Shown piece after piece: positions 12,181 through 26,169 of a DNA stretch of 64,000 bases. The DNA comes from Octopus bimaculoides. Its lineage: Eukaryota. Location: positions 568,720 through 632,719 of the forward strand of contig NC_068986.1 of NCBI RefSeq assembly GCF_001194135.2, in the 5' to 3' direction. Numbering within the stretch: position 1 is the first letter of the stretch; every line of letters begins with the position of its first letter. A program made the translations under genes and the position numbers. The notes under the pieces were generated by a model that worked only from the letters and a program-made list of their open reading frames with translations, was not told the DNA's origin and ran no database searches.

Positions 12181-14443
12181 TATTGTAACGTTAAACAATA
12201 ATTTTAAATAGTTAAAGTCTTGAATTTAACAGACATTATCGCCGTCAATGTAGCAGAACCAAAGTATCACTCAATCCCTGAGTAACAAAACAGCACCAAC
12301 AGCAATAACAACAACAACAATTATGCTTTCTAAACAAAGGCACAAGATCAGAATATGGGGGGAAGAGGTTAGTTATTCAACTGACTGCAGTACTTGAGTT
12401 GTGTTTTATTTTATTGCCCAAAATGCGTGAAAAGCAAAGTTAACTTCAGTGGGATTTGGACTCAGAAAGCTAAAAACTATAGCAAATCACATAAGACATG
12501 TTCTCTGAGACCCTAATGGTTCAGATAAACTGAACATCCTCAAACTCAGTACCAAGAAGCATTTCATCCTTGACCCCTACATTTCTGTCACTCCTCTCCT
12601 TTAATAAAAGTTATTATAATTTCTAATTTTGGCACGAGGTCAGCAACTGGTTGCGGGGTGGGGTGGGGGGCGTCACTCGATTACATTTACCCCAGGGCTC
12701 AACTGATACTTATTTCAACGACTGTGAAAGGATAAAAGGCAAATATACATTTATCTATGTATATAGACTCGACATCATATAATTAATTAAAATATTCTTG
12801 CTGTAACATTCAGCTAAAGTAGTTTTTAATATTGAGACAGTAAATTAAACATATTTACATGGATACATACATTATGAACCAGTTTGTTCCTTTTTGTCAA
12901 AATACAGTTGTCCGTGCTTCATTCTTTTTAAATTGTCAGCATTATGATCAAATTAATCCTACAGTGAAATCCTAATATAGTGTGACGCCGGATTAATGTG
13001 GACACAAATATTTAATAAAACACTTAATGCATCTGACCAAGCAGCGGGTCAATCATTCTTTGCCTGCGTTTGTGCTAAGTACTATTACGTGTGAATAAAC
13101 ATCATATAATCCAAGTCATTTAATTTTTCCACTGTGAGTTGACTGCTCTGTCTACTACTAAATGTAAATAAAATGCATTACATACACGATAAATTTTCCG
13201 ATGAACGATAGTAGTATGGGTCGCTGGTGAAGCTAACCATACCTCCGTTTTTATTTACTATTGTATAGGTGAGCAGACACATTATAAACCGAAGTCACAT
13301 TTCTCTATATAATTATCAATTAACTGCTTTAATCAAATATCCCTCGCCACAATACAAGACAAACATATCACATTATAGAAAGGTTCACAAAGGTACCGTA
13401 GCACGTGGCGACTGAACTGGCCATCAAAACCTGTCTATTTGTGGCTTATTGATACTTTTAATATACATTAATAAAATACATCATAAAATAAAATGCATTA
13501 TAACATGATTCTTGTCGCCCCTACTTTACATATAACCTTTGTTCCAAGTGTCCCCCACCCCAGAAATATAAATTCCTACACACACCAGTACAGATTAAGC
13601 ATAAGTTGTGTAATCAATTATTTCATCCCAATACTTGATTGATCCTTAATTTATCAACCCCTGAATTTACGAAATGCAAAGTCAACGTCGACGAGGTTTG
13701 AAATCAAAACATTAAACCAAACAACTACATATTGCAAGATCTTTGGTCCGATGTTTTACCAACTCTTTCAATCCATCTCCCACGTGATAATCTACCATTA
13801 ACGTCTCTAACATATAATGAAATATAACGGATCTTTGAATCAATAGATGAGCGTTGTTAAATGGAGAAAACTGTTGCTCTAATACCGGTCAACCAGACTC
13901 CATTGACTAACTATCAACCACAAAGAAGAAAACGCTATTTCTTTTGTACTTGGGCATAAAACCTCATTTCTATCGAACAAAACGGATTGAAAATATATAT
14001 AGTATTTACCTATTTCACTAGAACACCAACACTGCAAATTAATGGAACTAGCTGAAACAGGTTCCGTAACTAGTTTACAAATGAAAGTTTACCATTATAT
14101 TAAGGAGTTCGTCACCTAAGAACTAAGTCATTATTAACTTACAAGAGATCTGTTGTTGTTGTTTTGGCTATTGCTATTATTGTTGCTATCATCATCATCA
14201 TCATCATCACTACTACTACTACTACTATTATTATTATTATAGGCTATAGGCTCTTGAAAAGAGCTATTGATTGCTTGGACACAAGAATCTTGTAATTCAC
14301 TTGCAATATAATAAACGTCTATTTCTTTATACAAAATATTGACCGCAAAGGATCTTAAATAAGTGTTGCTATATTTTCCCATTCTTTGGAATACAATGAA
14401 GGAAAATGGTCAAGCCATTTTGTTACTATTGTTAGTTGCACAG

Positions 14444-14493
14444 ATTAATTCAACATATTCAAAGAGAAATAAACCAATGAGGGAGCCTCTATG
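14444..14493 (+). CDS. Candidate start-codon exon of the TMEM272-like gene (5'UTR plus ATG at 14491-14493)
   Basis: Bounded by acceptor ttgttagttgcacag| and donor ATG|gtatgt. A phase-0 end is what the next exon (15706) requires. The next exon has no in-frame Met and is preceded by an in-frame TAG, so the start must lie upstream. No homology support. Confidence 0.35.
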
Positions 14494-14539
14494 GTATGTA
14501 GACATGCTAGAAGTAGTACTAAATTACCATAAAATCACA

Positions 14540-15290
14540 CCTTACAGTCTTTTAAAAAAATTAACATAGGTAGTCTGAAATGAACTATGTCTCAAAAGAT
14601 GAGACGGAAAGAGGACAAGCAAAGTTGACTTCAGTAGGATTTGAGCTTTGCTTCTCCCTCGCGAATGATTGTGAATATCATTTCCTTCAAGAAGGTGGCT
14701 GGTTTTATCCACAGAATATTGACTCTTCTTCAGTTGAATTGAGTTCCTCTGCAAAGAGCAGTTTCTTTCTACAGGAGATATGTCCTAAATCACATTTTCA
14801 TAGCTTTTAAAAAATTTTTGTGGTAGGTCATTTTTCGATTTATTTTTATTTTTAGAATGTCTGCTTATCCCCTCCAGCCTGTGACTGGTCTCCATTCTGA
14901 TAAGTGGATGGGATGATATTGCGATGAAGGGGTACTTCCTTGTCGTTTAGTACTAGCTGTTGCTATTGCAGGTGACTCTCCCAGTCTTTTACCGGTTGTG
15001 GATTGATAAGGGGGGGTTCGGGAATCCCGTACTTTACTCCCGGTAATGTGAATGGGACATTTTTATTTGGTGACTTTTTATTTGTTGAATCTGGTGTCTC
15101 CTTAGTACCGACAGCCCCTATGGTTTGGCCTTGTGCTGTAAAGAAAGCTTTTAAAGGAATCTTACTCCTACATGTGTAGCAACTCGGTTATCTACCTGGG
15201 ATACTCTAATATTAACCAACTGTTCTTGATTACCCATCAATTATAAAGAGTACATTATTTTTGTTCGTACTTCTTGGTCGTTAAGTACTG
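14540..15290 (-). mobile_element. Eroded L1/Tx1-type ORF1 (zinc knuckle) fragment
   Basis: Across a frameshift reads IRV..GR*PSCYTCRSK, resembling GRxPxCxxC of Tx1 ORF1. The remainder is too eroded to align. Confidence 0.33.
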
Positions 15291-15705
15291 GTCGACTACA
15301 GAGATAGTCGATTACACCAATACTTGAGCAAGCGGTACTTTATCTTATTGGCTATGATTATTTGAAAAGTAAAAGTTGCCTTCGACGACATTTGAACTAA
15401 GAACATAAAGGTCGCGAAATCACACACCGCAGGATAGTTAGTCTCAGTGAGATTTAAACTCTGGACGTAAAGAGGTAACACCGCAAGGCATTTTACCCAG
15501 AGTTCTATTGAATGTCATCTATCACCAACATCAGCAACAACAAATAACAAAATATAATATTCATGAACGAGAATCTAGAATACTTGAAAACCAAACACCA
15601 TCAATAAAAGTTTAGGTGGGTGTTGTTTTTGTTTTTGTTTTTTTTTTTTGTTTTTTTTGCTGAATCTCAGTTGATGTAACCTAGGTGTATTGCTCTTATT
15701 TGTAG

Positions 15706-15877
15706 GGATATGATGATGAATCAGCTTTATACAAAACCACTGTAGACTGGACAGCATCCAGAGTGAGTGTACAATCAAACTATGAGGCTGTTTATGTACA
15801 GATAACAGAAGCCACAAAAGAAGCTAACAGTTCCATAGATTTCGTATGTCAAGCAGTCCGTATATTGACAAATACAC
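15706..15877 (+). CDS. TMEM272: TMEM272-like coding exon (cytoplasmic N-terminal region)
   Basis: ttatttgtag| acceptor and AATACAC|gtaagt donor. 172 nt open: GYDDESALYKTTVDWTASRVSVQSNYEAVYVQITEATKEANSSIDFVCQAVRILTNT plus 1 nt. The phase-1 end joins the next exon in frame. Confidence 0.72.
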
Positions 15878-16464
15878 GTAAGTACTGGCAAATGTTTCAG
15901 ATTTTGCCGAAATTTTGTATAAATTATTTATTCGTAATATCTGTTACGTCACAAACAATTAGCATAAGAGGCAAACAAGCACTTATTACATATTTTAATA
16001 CTGAAGCATGTGAAGGTTGGTAACCTAAGGTTTGGAGCTTACTATCATAAAGTCGAGGTTTCGATTCTTAGAACGTGAAACGCACTGTGTCCTTGAGTAA
16101 TATACTTCACGTCACGTTGCTCCAGGCTACTCAGCTGAAAATGATTACCGGCTGAGAGGTGGATAGAGCGCTCTTTTCCTCCTGTTGTCACATCCAGGGT
16201 GTTCCGCTGTATCAAGAATGTGACGACCGACAATGTGTTTATGTTTGTTCGCGACAACATAAACACTGAAAACAATTAGTTAAAGCATGATACATGTTAT
16301 TTGCGAGTGATAGTTTGCTCTCCTTTTTCATGGCTTTCTTTTAATAATTGGCATATCAGGTTAGAAGCGAGTACATTCCATTATTGAAGTCAGATGTTGG
16401 ATTATATCATTCTTCATTGAATATTGTCCGAGGATTTAGAATCTCTTATTCCACACGCACACGC

Positions 16465-16566
<102 letters not shown>

Positions 16567-17367
16567 CTTTATGTCTGCGTTTGTTCTCCATTGCCGCTTG
16601 ACAACCGATGTTAGTGTGCTAACGTAACTTAGCGGTTCGGGAAAAATGACAAATAGAATAAGTTCTAGGCTTTAAAAGATAGTTCTGGAGTAGATCCGTT
16701 CAACTAAAATTCCTTCAAGGCGGTGCCCCAGCATAGCCACAGACTAATCTCGGAAACAAGTAAAAGAAAGGATAAGAGAAAAGATGCAAATCCATATGTA
16801 TATATATCCGTCCCCACTCGCAATATATAAACAAAGAAACGACCATCAGTCGCTGATCTTGCAGCAAGCTAAAGCAGCTGGTTTTCAAATCTCTGACAGA
16901 TTTCATGTAGTAACAGTACTAAATTGTAATGTCTGTACCACTTTTACGAGGCTGTTCTGTGCGGAACGTATTTTACAACATTTTAACCCAGGAAGACATC
17001 TTTACCCGCTGGTTTACGAATTTTTACAGTGATATGTTCCTTGCCTAGCAACTAGAGAATTTTAGGAATGCTTTCCGTATGTGACATATTGCTGTGTCAC
17101 ACTGTTGATAGTATTTTCATGTCTTCTTTCTGCATTCTTCAAGAATGCCATCCTCTCCTACGAATTCTGTAGGTTTCTGTTTACCAATTCCAACGTTCCA
17201 GTTCTAAATTATGATTATAAATACGAACTTTTCGTCAGAGTAAAATAGCAACAGAGCCTGCATTTATTACCACGCATATTCTCTTTTCACTAACCTTTGG
17301 TGAAATGCTCGGATCTGACGGTGTTCTATATTAAGAGTGCAATGTCTGATCAGTTATATTTATAGCG

Positions 17368-17371
<4 letters not shown>

Positions 17372-17463
<92 letters not shown>
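17372..17463 (+). repeat. (CA)n microsatellite
   Basis: Perfect CA run. Confidence 0.95.
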
Positions 17464-17464
<1 letters not shown>

Positions 17465-19859
17465 CAATTTTGATTGGTAACTTGCTCCAAGCACATTTCA
17501 GTGTTGATTTCAAGTCACGGCATATGAGAATATGTTGTACATTTTCTCAACAAAATCAACGATGGTTACTTTTTGTTATCACAACATGAGAAGGCAGAAA
17601 CAAAATGTATAACTTCAATTTCTATCTTATTCTCGGATAGTAAGTTTTGAAGTGAGACGCGAAATAATGTTAATTATCGTGGACTAAGGTATTCCCCGTT
17701 TGTCTATTTTTTTTTTTATCTAGCCTGAGAAGTGGCTACATAAACGTAAGGAGATATAAAACACCTCCTCCTCTGCAATTTCATATTAAATAGATTTGAT
17801 CTACAGATATACAGTCTCATGAGATATTATTATACACTTTGTGTATGGAACTCAATACTGAAAACAATTCAGCCGAGCTACTTACATCAAGGAATTATAT
17901 CATGCATCAGTACATACTTAGATCGCGGAGAGAATTTGATTCCTTTTCTATACTTTCTATATAAGTATGGTGTTGTTGTGTGGTCTCAAATAACTCTTAA
18001 TTAAGGAGAGGCATAATCAACAATCATGGCTATCCGATCAGAGCAAAATGGTGTATGCTTCATTAACGAGAATATGATTCACCAATGCAATGCTAAACTT
18101 TACCAAATGATGTGTAAATATTTCACTCACATAGACAGACGTGTAGGCTCCCTTCAATATCACGTTGTAATTTTTGTTATTTTCTGAAAGAACACATTTA
18201 GGTTTCTTTTAATACTGAAATTATCATTCAATTTACTGATGACTAAATAAATGACACAGTCTCATAGAATATCCTATCAATGCGTTCTGGGTGAATTTAG
18301 TAGACGGAAACTGTGTGGAAGCCAATGGTGTGTGTATGCATGTATCTTTGTATATAAATATGTATTTTCTTGTGTGTCTTTGTATTTGTCTCTCGCGCCT
18401 GCCAACCGTGTTATTTGTTTGTGTCTCCGTAACTTGGCGGTTCAGCAAAAAGAACGCGAAAGAATAAGCATCAGATTTAAAATAAGTACTAGAATTGAAC
18501 TTTCGGCTAGACGCTTCAAGATGGTGTCTCAGCATGGCTGCAATCCAATGAATGAAACAAGTAAAAGAATAAGAATATACAGATATCACTATAGTCGGAG
18601 TTGAACTTGTCTAACAAGTGGCGTTATCTGAGACCGTGAGTTAAAACTGAAACAACAACATCGTAGAAAAGTCACTTGATAACACGCAAATGTGTTAAAT
18701 TCATTTCAAATTGATTTATTTCATGGTGTGTTTGAAGTTTCGTCGCATAACTGTGACCTACCCACTGACACATGCAGTAGTGACCCATTCGCAGTCGTGC
18801 AACGTTAACGTTAACACCTCATGTGATATATATTTGTGCATAAAGTAAAATTAACAACTTTATACGTTTGTAAATTGCTCTTTCACGGTGTAGCTATCAA
18901 TATTTGTGCTAGTAATTCGTTTTAGAATATTGAGTTATAATAGCTAAGAAGTTCTGATCGTTGAATTTGTTTTTTTTTTTAATTTGAAATAATACATTTT
19001 TGGTGCCATCAATTTTGTTTACATTATCACTGAGAGATGTTTATGTCTGAAAGCAATTATAATTACGGTAGTCTACGCGCAGCAAGACCGAATGGCCTCC
19101 AGTTTTCTGCTTATTTTCTTTTAATTTTACATGTATTATCTTTCCTTTTAGTAACTTATGCACAAATTTCATTTTAATGACATGAGCAAAATGTTGGATT
19201 TTTTTCTGTAATTAAAGCTTGATTAAAATAAATATTTTAAATGGGTTTACAAGAAATATAAGAATAAATTTTTAATCAGTATTCCAAATACGTTTATTTA
19301 ATCCAAGAAAACTCTGGCAAAGCTCAATTAATAAATTTCTGCCGACAAAATTGAATGTACCCACAGATTTTAATGAAGAAACGAGACCCTCATTAAAAAT
19401 GAAACTTTACTAGACTCAGAAGAAAATTACAATGTTTTCCAGTAGTTTGTGATTGTTTCTCTATAAATGAAATTCATTCATTCAAACCAATAACTAAACA
19501 ATTTCTTTCATGAGATTCAGAAAAAAAAAATAATTGCAACTACCAACATCGATGAGAAACGCAGTCCATTTTTGTATTTTACTTTGTTTGCCTCGGGTAA
19601 AACCATTGGAAACAATCTCCGTTATTAGAGATTATTTTTAACGATATTGAAATAACGAATTATTTATGCTTTCCCAACTTTTCTTGACGTGTTCATTTAC
19701 TTTCACTATTCTGCACAGTTCAAAGAGATGTTTCACTACATTTAACAAAAAACCAAAGAAAGTAATCGAAAATAGATATGTGGATTTAAGTGGAAATGAT
19801 AAGGGGAACCCAAAAGAACTAAAGTGTTACGAAATCCTAATGTCAAAATTGTATTAATA

Positions 19860-20095
19860 ATGCGTTCTAACATAAGCAAGAGGCCTGAGAATGGGCATGA
19901 CGAATAACAAGAAGAGGAGGAATGTGTAAGTCGGGTGACCTGAATGGAGATGGCATGAATGCAACCAACTCCGAAGAACAGAAGACAATGTAGTAGTATT
20001 AGAAAAAGTAGAATGGGTGGACAGTAGATCTGTGGAGTATGATGGCAAACTGTATTTAAGTTGGAGAGAATGATATTCAAAAGCCATCTCTTCTA
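19860..20095 (+). mobile_element. Eroded RTE-like fragment
   Basis: GC/purine-rich island with weak resemblance to the post-RT W-x-G-H...W-Y-P region of RTE elements. Confidence 0.3.
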
Positions 20096-20960
20096 CTCTG
20101 AAGACATTTGTAGGCTAAGTTCTTTGTGCAAAAACTGAATTGAAGTGACGGAATGCAATGGAGTTGGATTGTTATTATTCCAATACTTCCCAAGTCCGTA
20201 AACAATAAATTATACGACCATTGAGGCGAGTCTTGCAGAAAAAAAAGTGTCTGAAGACAAATCAAGTCGAATGTATTTACGAGCGTTGAAAACTAATGGA
20301 ATTTTCCTTTTCCAGCAAATAGATTTCAATTTCAGTAAGGATATGTAAAAATGGTTGAAATCAACGCAAAATATTGCGCAAGAATGTTTAAATCTACGTA
20401 AACGTTTTCACACGAAGTTCCATTTTCTTCTAAAGTCTTTTAGGATAAAATCCCATTATTTAAACTAGGTAAATCTAAATGATGACTATCGACTTTAAGA
20501 TTAGTTTAAACAGGAGTCCTATACCAGAAAAGTTTAGAAAATGAAGAATGTCTGTATTTTTCCTCGCAATATTATTGGAACAAATTGAATGTATAATCTA
20601 AACATCAAGAAGTGTATGAAACATTTTGTGGGTGGAAAAATTGGATGAGCATCGGACAAAAAAGTATTTACTTTCAACTATTTATATTCTGGTTTCAAAT
20701 TTTGACATAGTTTAATGACTTTTATTTTTCCAGTGTCAATGAAATGAATATCTGTCAGATTCTGTGAATCTCTTCAGTAGTTTTTCGGTCTCTTCTAAAA
20801 TTGATAAATTATTATTACAGAGAAACACCGGGTGTCACAATCAGCAAGGGGCCAGTTTAAATGCTTTGTGATATTTAGCTACCGTCTGATTTCAAATTCA
20901 TCTGGGATCAAAAGTAAAACACTTTGTCTAACAGACTTCAACAGATAAAAAAAATTAATA

Positions 20961-21319
20961 ATTCTTTTATTTGTTTCGGTCATTTAGGCTGCGACTATGC
21001 TGGGACACCGCATTGAAGAATTTTTGGTCAAGATAATCGACCCCAGTACTTTTTTTTTAAGTCAGGGACTAATTCTATCGATTTCTTTTGTCGAACCGCT
21101 AAGTTATAGGAACATAAATACATCACCATCGGTCGTCAAACGGCGGTGGAGGACAAACACAGACACAAAGACACACGACGGGCTTCTTTCAGTTTCTGTC
21201 TTCCAAATCCACTCACAAGGCTTTGGTCGGCCCGAGGCTATAGTAGAAGACACTTGGACAAGGTGCCACGCAGTGGGACTGAACCCGGAACCATATGGTT
21301 GGGAAGCAAGCTTCTTACC
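20961..21319 (-). mobile_element. SINE family A (tRNA-derived, octopus OK/OR-type), near full length
   Basis: Reverse complement of ggtaagaagcttgcttccc...ggttcagtccc (A/B box-like)...ccttgggcaag...cagcatggccgcagtc..aatgactgaaacaa. Confidence 0.88.
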
Positions 21320-21331
21320 GTAATAGTTTCA

Positions 21332-21705
21332 CATTCTGGCACAAGGTGAACGATTTTTGAGAGGAAGAGCTAGTCGATTACATCGACATCAGTACTTGAC
21401 TGGTACTTATTTGACTGACATCGAAAGCGGCAAAATTTTAACCCAGACGACGAAATGCCCCTGGGTATTTTGTCCGGTGTGCTAACGATTCTGCCAGCAC
21501 GCCACCTTCATAAAGATAGTTTTGTTTCAAATTTTGGCACAAGGCCAGCAATTTCAGTGTAGTAGGTAACTCGGTTACATCGACCCCAGGACTTGACTGG
21601 TACTTATTTCATCGGCACCGAAATGATGAAATAGCTTAAAAACGGCCGAAATACTACTAAGCATTTTGTTCGGCGAACTTAATAGCTTTGCCATCTCGCC
21701 GCCTC
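21332..21705 (-). mobile_element. Two tandem SINE family B copies
   Basis: Both are reverse complements of ggcggcgagctggcagaatcgttagc...ccagtc..gtactgggtcgatgtaatcgac...ccttgtgcc. Confidence 0.8.
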
Positions 21706-22382
21706 AATGATAATAATAATGATTAGAAGAAGAATGATCACGCTGAATGCTTCCCCACACACAAACATCTCTATTTAATGACTTGAGGTCGCTGAGCAGA
21801 TAACCCTGCTTCTAAGGTGACCCCAGCACGTGCACTTGCACTGCGTATTCTAAATAAAGTTATGCTCGACAGAAGGCGGAAGGTGAGACGTTTACCTTAT
21901 TCTTATGCAGGGATAGGGGTCTCGTCAATCCAACCGGTTGTCAGTTTCCAAAAGCGGTTCCTTACAAACTTTCGTTGATATTCTCTCTGAAGTCCCTGAG
22001 GACTTCAACACCGTCAGGGTATTAGTTTTTCTTTTATGGCAGTGTTTATATTTCTAATTGTATGGATGATGTTTTTGTGTTGTGTTGTTTGTTGGTGAAA
22101 TCATCCTGATTGATGTCCATGTCTTTTAACCGCCGTCTTCATTATATTTATGGCATTATAGTTTATGGTTCTTACGGATTGTACTTGGTTTGAATGTATA
22201 ATGGCTTTGATGGTATTTGTACTGACGGTTGTCTTTCTGGTGGTGAGTGTGGTAATGGTGGTGGTGGTGGTTGTAGTGTGGGTAGTGGTGGTGATGCTGA
22301 TGTTATTGTTTTTGTTCGGTATGTTTTTTTACCAGCATTAAATGTTACGCTTTTAATGTAAAATCATTTCTTTCTATAACAG

Positions 22383-22442
22383 GTCTTTACACCGTCTTTT
22401 TGGCAGTCAGCACAGCATTGCCTATCGCCATGATGACAGCAG
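22383..22442 (+). CDS. TMEM272: TMEM272-like coding exon (first TM helix)
   Basis: tttctttctataacag| acceptor and GCAG|gtaaat donor. 60 nt, phase 1-1, encoding (R)LYTVFLAVSTALPIAMMTA(G), matching the LALPLSMxxIG motif that precedes xLxDCP in TMEM272. Confidence 0.85.
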
Positions 22443-22958
22443 GTAAATAACTTTAACGCTGAGTTGTCTTTTCTTTTTTTTTTCTTTTTGATATATTTAT
22501 TTTATTTTGCATTTTTCCGAATCCGTGAATTTAGTAATTTGTAAACATTTATTCGTTTGAGTGAAGAATTGGAAGAAACATAATTGTTTTACTTTCAGAC
22601 GCAGCTTCAGCGTGAAAAAAAAATCGAATTTAAAAACATGATCGAACATTTTGAAATTATGTTAATAGTGAATTACTATTATGAAAGGCAGACTCTAAGT
22701 CTTTTATAACACCAAAGATATCTACTTCTGGAAAATTTATTGCAATTTAATTCAGATGCTACAAGAGCAGGGAAAAAAGACTACTTCTGTTTTTCGGTCA
22801 ATGAGGAAAATTTTGACTAAGTTTTTTTTTTACTTTTTTTACATATACCCTTCTTACGTTACCAGTTCTTATCCAAATTCGTGGTATTGGTCCATTTGAG
22901 TTATCTACCTTAGATCATATTTTTTTCTTTTATTATGTTTGCAGTAACATGGATAAAG

Positions 22959-23135
22959 AAGGTAGCGAGCGGGCAGAGTGGTTAGCACGTCGGGCGAAAT
23001 GCTGAGCGGTATTTCGTCTGTCTTTACGTTCTGAGTTCAAATTCCACCGAGGTTGACTTTGCCATTCATCCTTTCGGGATCGATAAATTAAGTACCAGTT
23101 GCGTACTGCGGTCGATGTGATCGACTTAATCCCTT
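22959..23135 (+). mobile_element. SINE family B (tRNA-derived)
   Basis: ggcagagtggttagc (A box), gagttcaaattcc (B box), gtcgatgtgatcgac. Confidence 0.85.
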
Positions 23136-23797
23136 TTTCTCTCCTTGTAACAGTAATTGAACGGGTCCCAATAACTTATCTAATCATACTATAATACTTG
23201 ATGCTATTGGATTTATAAAATTGGATTGAAAACCTTGGAAATGTCATGTTAGCAATTTAACATTAGCACAGCACTTTATTGCTGTAAATGAAAAGAGAAA
23301 TTTGTCTTTCTAAACAACGCCTCGAAGTTTTATGGAATATAAAAATCTCAATTGTGTACATTAAAAGAATCTCTGCTTCTAATCGTTTTAAATAATTTGT
23401 AGTCAAAATTCATAATTTTTTTCTGATGAAATGTAAATTATATTATATTGTAGATTATGTGAGATTGCAAAGAAAAAATACTTCCAACCATTTTATATAT
23501 CTCTTTTTAATCACAGAGATAAATACTTTAGACTTTCGTTAGTCATTCACCATTTATTCATGTTTTGAGTTTTTTTTTTATTCTGTCTTACCAAGGTGCT
23601 AAATTACACTTTAAATTTACATTTGTAATAAATATAAAACATATTTTTATGTAATAAATGTAAAATTATTACATACACATACATACACGCATACATACAT
23701 ATATAAATTTAACGTATATATGAACATATATGCGTGTGCATGTGTGTATATATTTGTGTGTGCATATATATGCACATATGTATATGTATGTTTGCAT

Positions 23798-23865
<68 letters not shown>

Positions 23866-25299
23866 GCATAGAGAACTTTAAACTGCATCAAGTAATGGGG
23901 TTCTGATTCGGTATTTCCAGGGTTTTGAAGATTGTAGGACCACTTCTTAACCCCTATTGTTCCGAGGTCTTTGATCCAGGGTATTAGAACCTGTCAGGGT
24001 CCCACCTATGAGTTATCATATATTGATATTCCGAGTGCAGGGACACAGAAATACCTTTAACTCGTGTTAGGGTGCGCAGTAAAATCACTGCAAGTGAGGG
24101 ACCCCAACCTGTTGTCACAGCATCCTTCTAGGATCTCCATACCAGCTCACCTGCATTCCTCTTATAGTCACTCTTTATCCCTTGGGCTTAGTTCTCATGA
24201 AGACTCTGGAGTTTAAGTTCAAACCATTTGACTACTACAGTTGAGGTCTAGAGATGCTCAACTGGTTTTCGTTGGACAACCTACAGGACGAAAAACAAAA
24301 CCAGTCGATGGACTGATGAATTCGGTAGAGTTAAAGGACATTTCTCTTACAGCTGGGAGTGAAAGACCCCTAGTCCTAGTTTAGACATCTTTCTAGGAGA
24401 ATATGATTCCGAAATAACACGCGTCTTATTGCAAAGCCAGAAATCTTGACCTTGTAGGTGAGACTCTTAGCGGTGTTGTGCAAGCTGTTATTGACTTTAC
24501 ATTTCAGCGCAGGCATTACTGACAGGCCTTGTTTTTAACATTTATGGTAAGATAATTTGTCAGTAACGGTTATACTCGTCTACGACTTGATAGCCACCAT
24601 GTATGTAAGTATGTATGTAAGTATGTATGTATGTATGTATTGTGACAGTTGGGGGGAAAAAGAGAAGTGCCGCTGACGCCTTTTCAAAGCCTGAAAGCCT
24701 GATGGAAAGATGAGATGGAGAGAATACATTAGACCCAGATCAGAGACCGGACCCAAATATTGGCAACAGAGTGTACTCCACTAAAGACCAGTCAGGTGGG
24801 GATGTCGGTAAAATTCATTTTACCGATCAATAACATTTTATATCGACTGTCTATTTTTTTTTAATGTTTCAATGAAACACTTTAATTCCCACCGAAGTGA
24901 TTGCTGAAGTTTGTAAAACACTTGATGTGTTGGTTGTCAATTTTCGTTCTTGTTACCTTTTTTTATTTATTCTTGATTGTAACATACCTGATAATTATTT
25001 TTAATGAAATCGATCTAAGCTTGTAATTTTATATATTCTTTTTTTTTTTTAATAGTTTTCTCTTAAACATCATTAATTCCGTAGGAAATTGTGTCAATTG
25101 AACGCTTCCTCCAGACATAACTGTCCAAGTGCTACGTTTTATTCTCTTCATTAAAACGTTTAATAGTGTTTATCAGCTACTGGAGTTTTCAAATGTTCAT
25201 ATTTCGTATTTGCAGCATGAGTACCAGATCTCATGTTTTCCGTCGAATCGGCGAAGACCGTCTGGTCGTCCTTAAGGATAACTGATGACAAAGTGCATT

Positions 25300-26147
25300 A
25301 CAGAAGTCTTCAGACTTTTTCAGGAGGGACAAAACCTTAATCACCTTCAAAGTAGGATCCTCTGACTTCAACGCACAAGTTGTAGCATTCCTGCCACCTT
25401 GTGAAGGCCGTGGAATTCCTCCTAAGCGAAGGTAATCAAAACCCTTGTCACAGCCTCCTTCACCTTCAAAATGTCAATCCTTGTTGGTTCTCTTTTAGCT
25501 TGGGCAACAACCAAGTGACAGGGTACAAGGTCTGCACTGCAGGGTGGGGTGTGAGGGACAGTTTTGATGTCCATCTCTCACAAGTAGTTGATCACCAGGG
25601 TACTTGTCACTAAGCACCCTCGGAACAAACTTAGCACAAATTTTGCGCATGTTCATATCTTCATGAATAATTCTGTGTACAGTTGCCACACCAACTCTAA
25701 ACTAAAATGTTTAATGTCTTCATAGACGCGTGACGGTCTTCTCCACCAGCTCCGATGTCCTGACGTTCCTCTCCCTCAGGATTCTCTCATCGTCTCTTAC
25801 CTTCTCTCTAGCGAAAAAGTTAATCTATGTGTAGTCTGTAGTCTGGAGCATTTCATAAGCTTCTATCGCGTTTTACCCACTTTAACACAAAACTTTATTG
25901 CATAGCGGGTTTGCAAACGCCCTGAATGCATTCTGCAAACCAATCAGCTGTGACAAGCTGTGTATTTTTTTTTTTTGTAGGGTGTGTTCAAATTGTTGTT
26001 ACAGCTGTCTCCTTCACTCTACAATAACAAAAGTTGGCAGATAAGCTTATAAGATCTATAGTAATGATGTACTAAAATTACCACAATCTACGAGAGTTAT
26101 AACTACCTCTCCTAAAAAAGCCTCAAAACTTCTGAAACGCACTTCAT
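25300..26147 (-). mobile_element. Internally deleted mariner element
   Basis: RYAIKFCVKVGK (HTH start), ATVHRIIHEDMNMRKICAKFVPRVLS (WVPHxL-equivalent), then a jump to PPCSADLVPC (YSPDLAP-equivalent). The central catalytic region is missing. Confidence 0.8.
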
Positions 26148-26169
26148 AAGATTCTTGCCGTGTTTCTAT

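Noticed and set aside
20150-20650. Frame with protein-like stretches (IEASLAEKKVSEDKSSRMYLRALK...)
   Set aside because: Multiple stops and no assignable motif, so it cannot be distinguished from chance or a very old fossil.
22959-23050. tRNA-like A and B boxes (also in many other copies)
   Set aside because: They are SINE heads continuing into SINE bodies, with no complete cloverleaf or acceptor stem.
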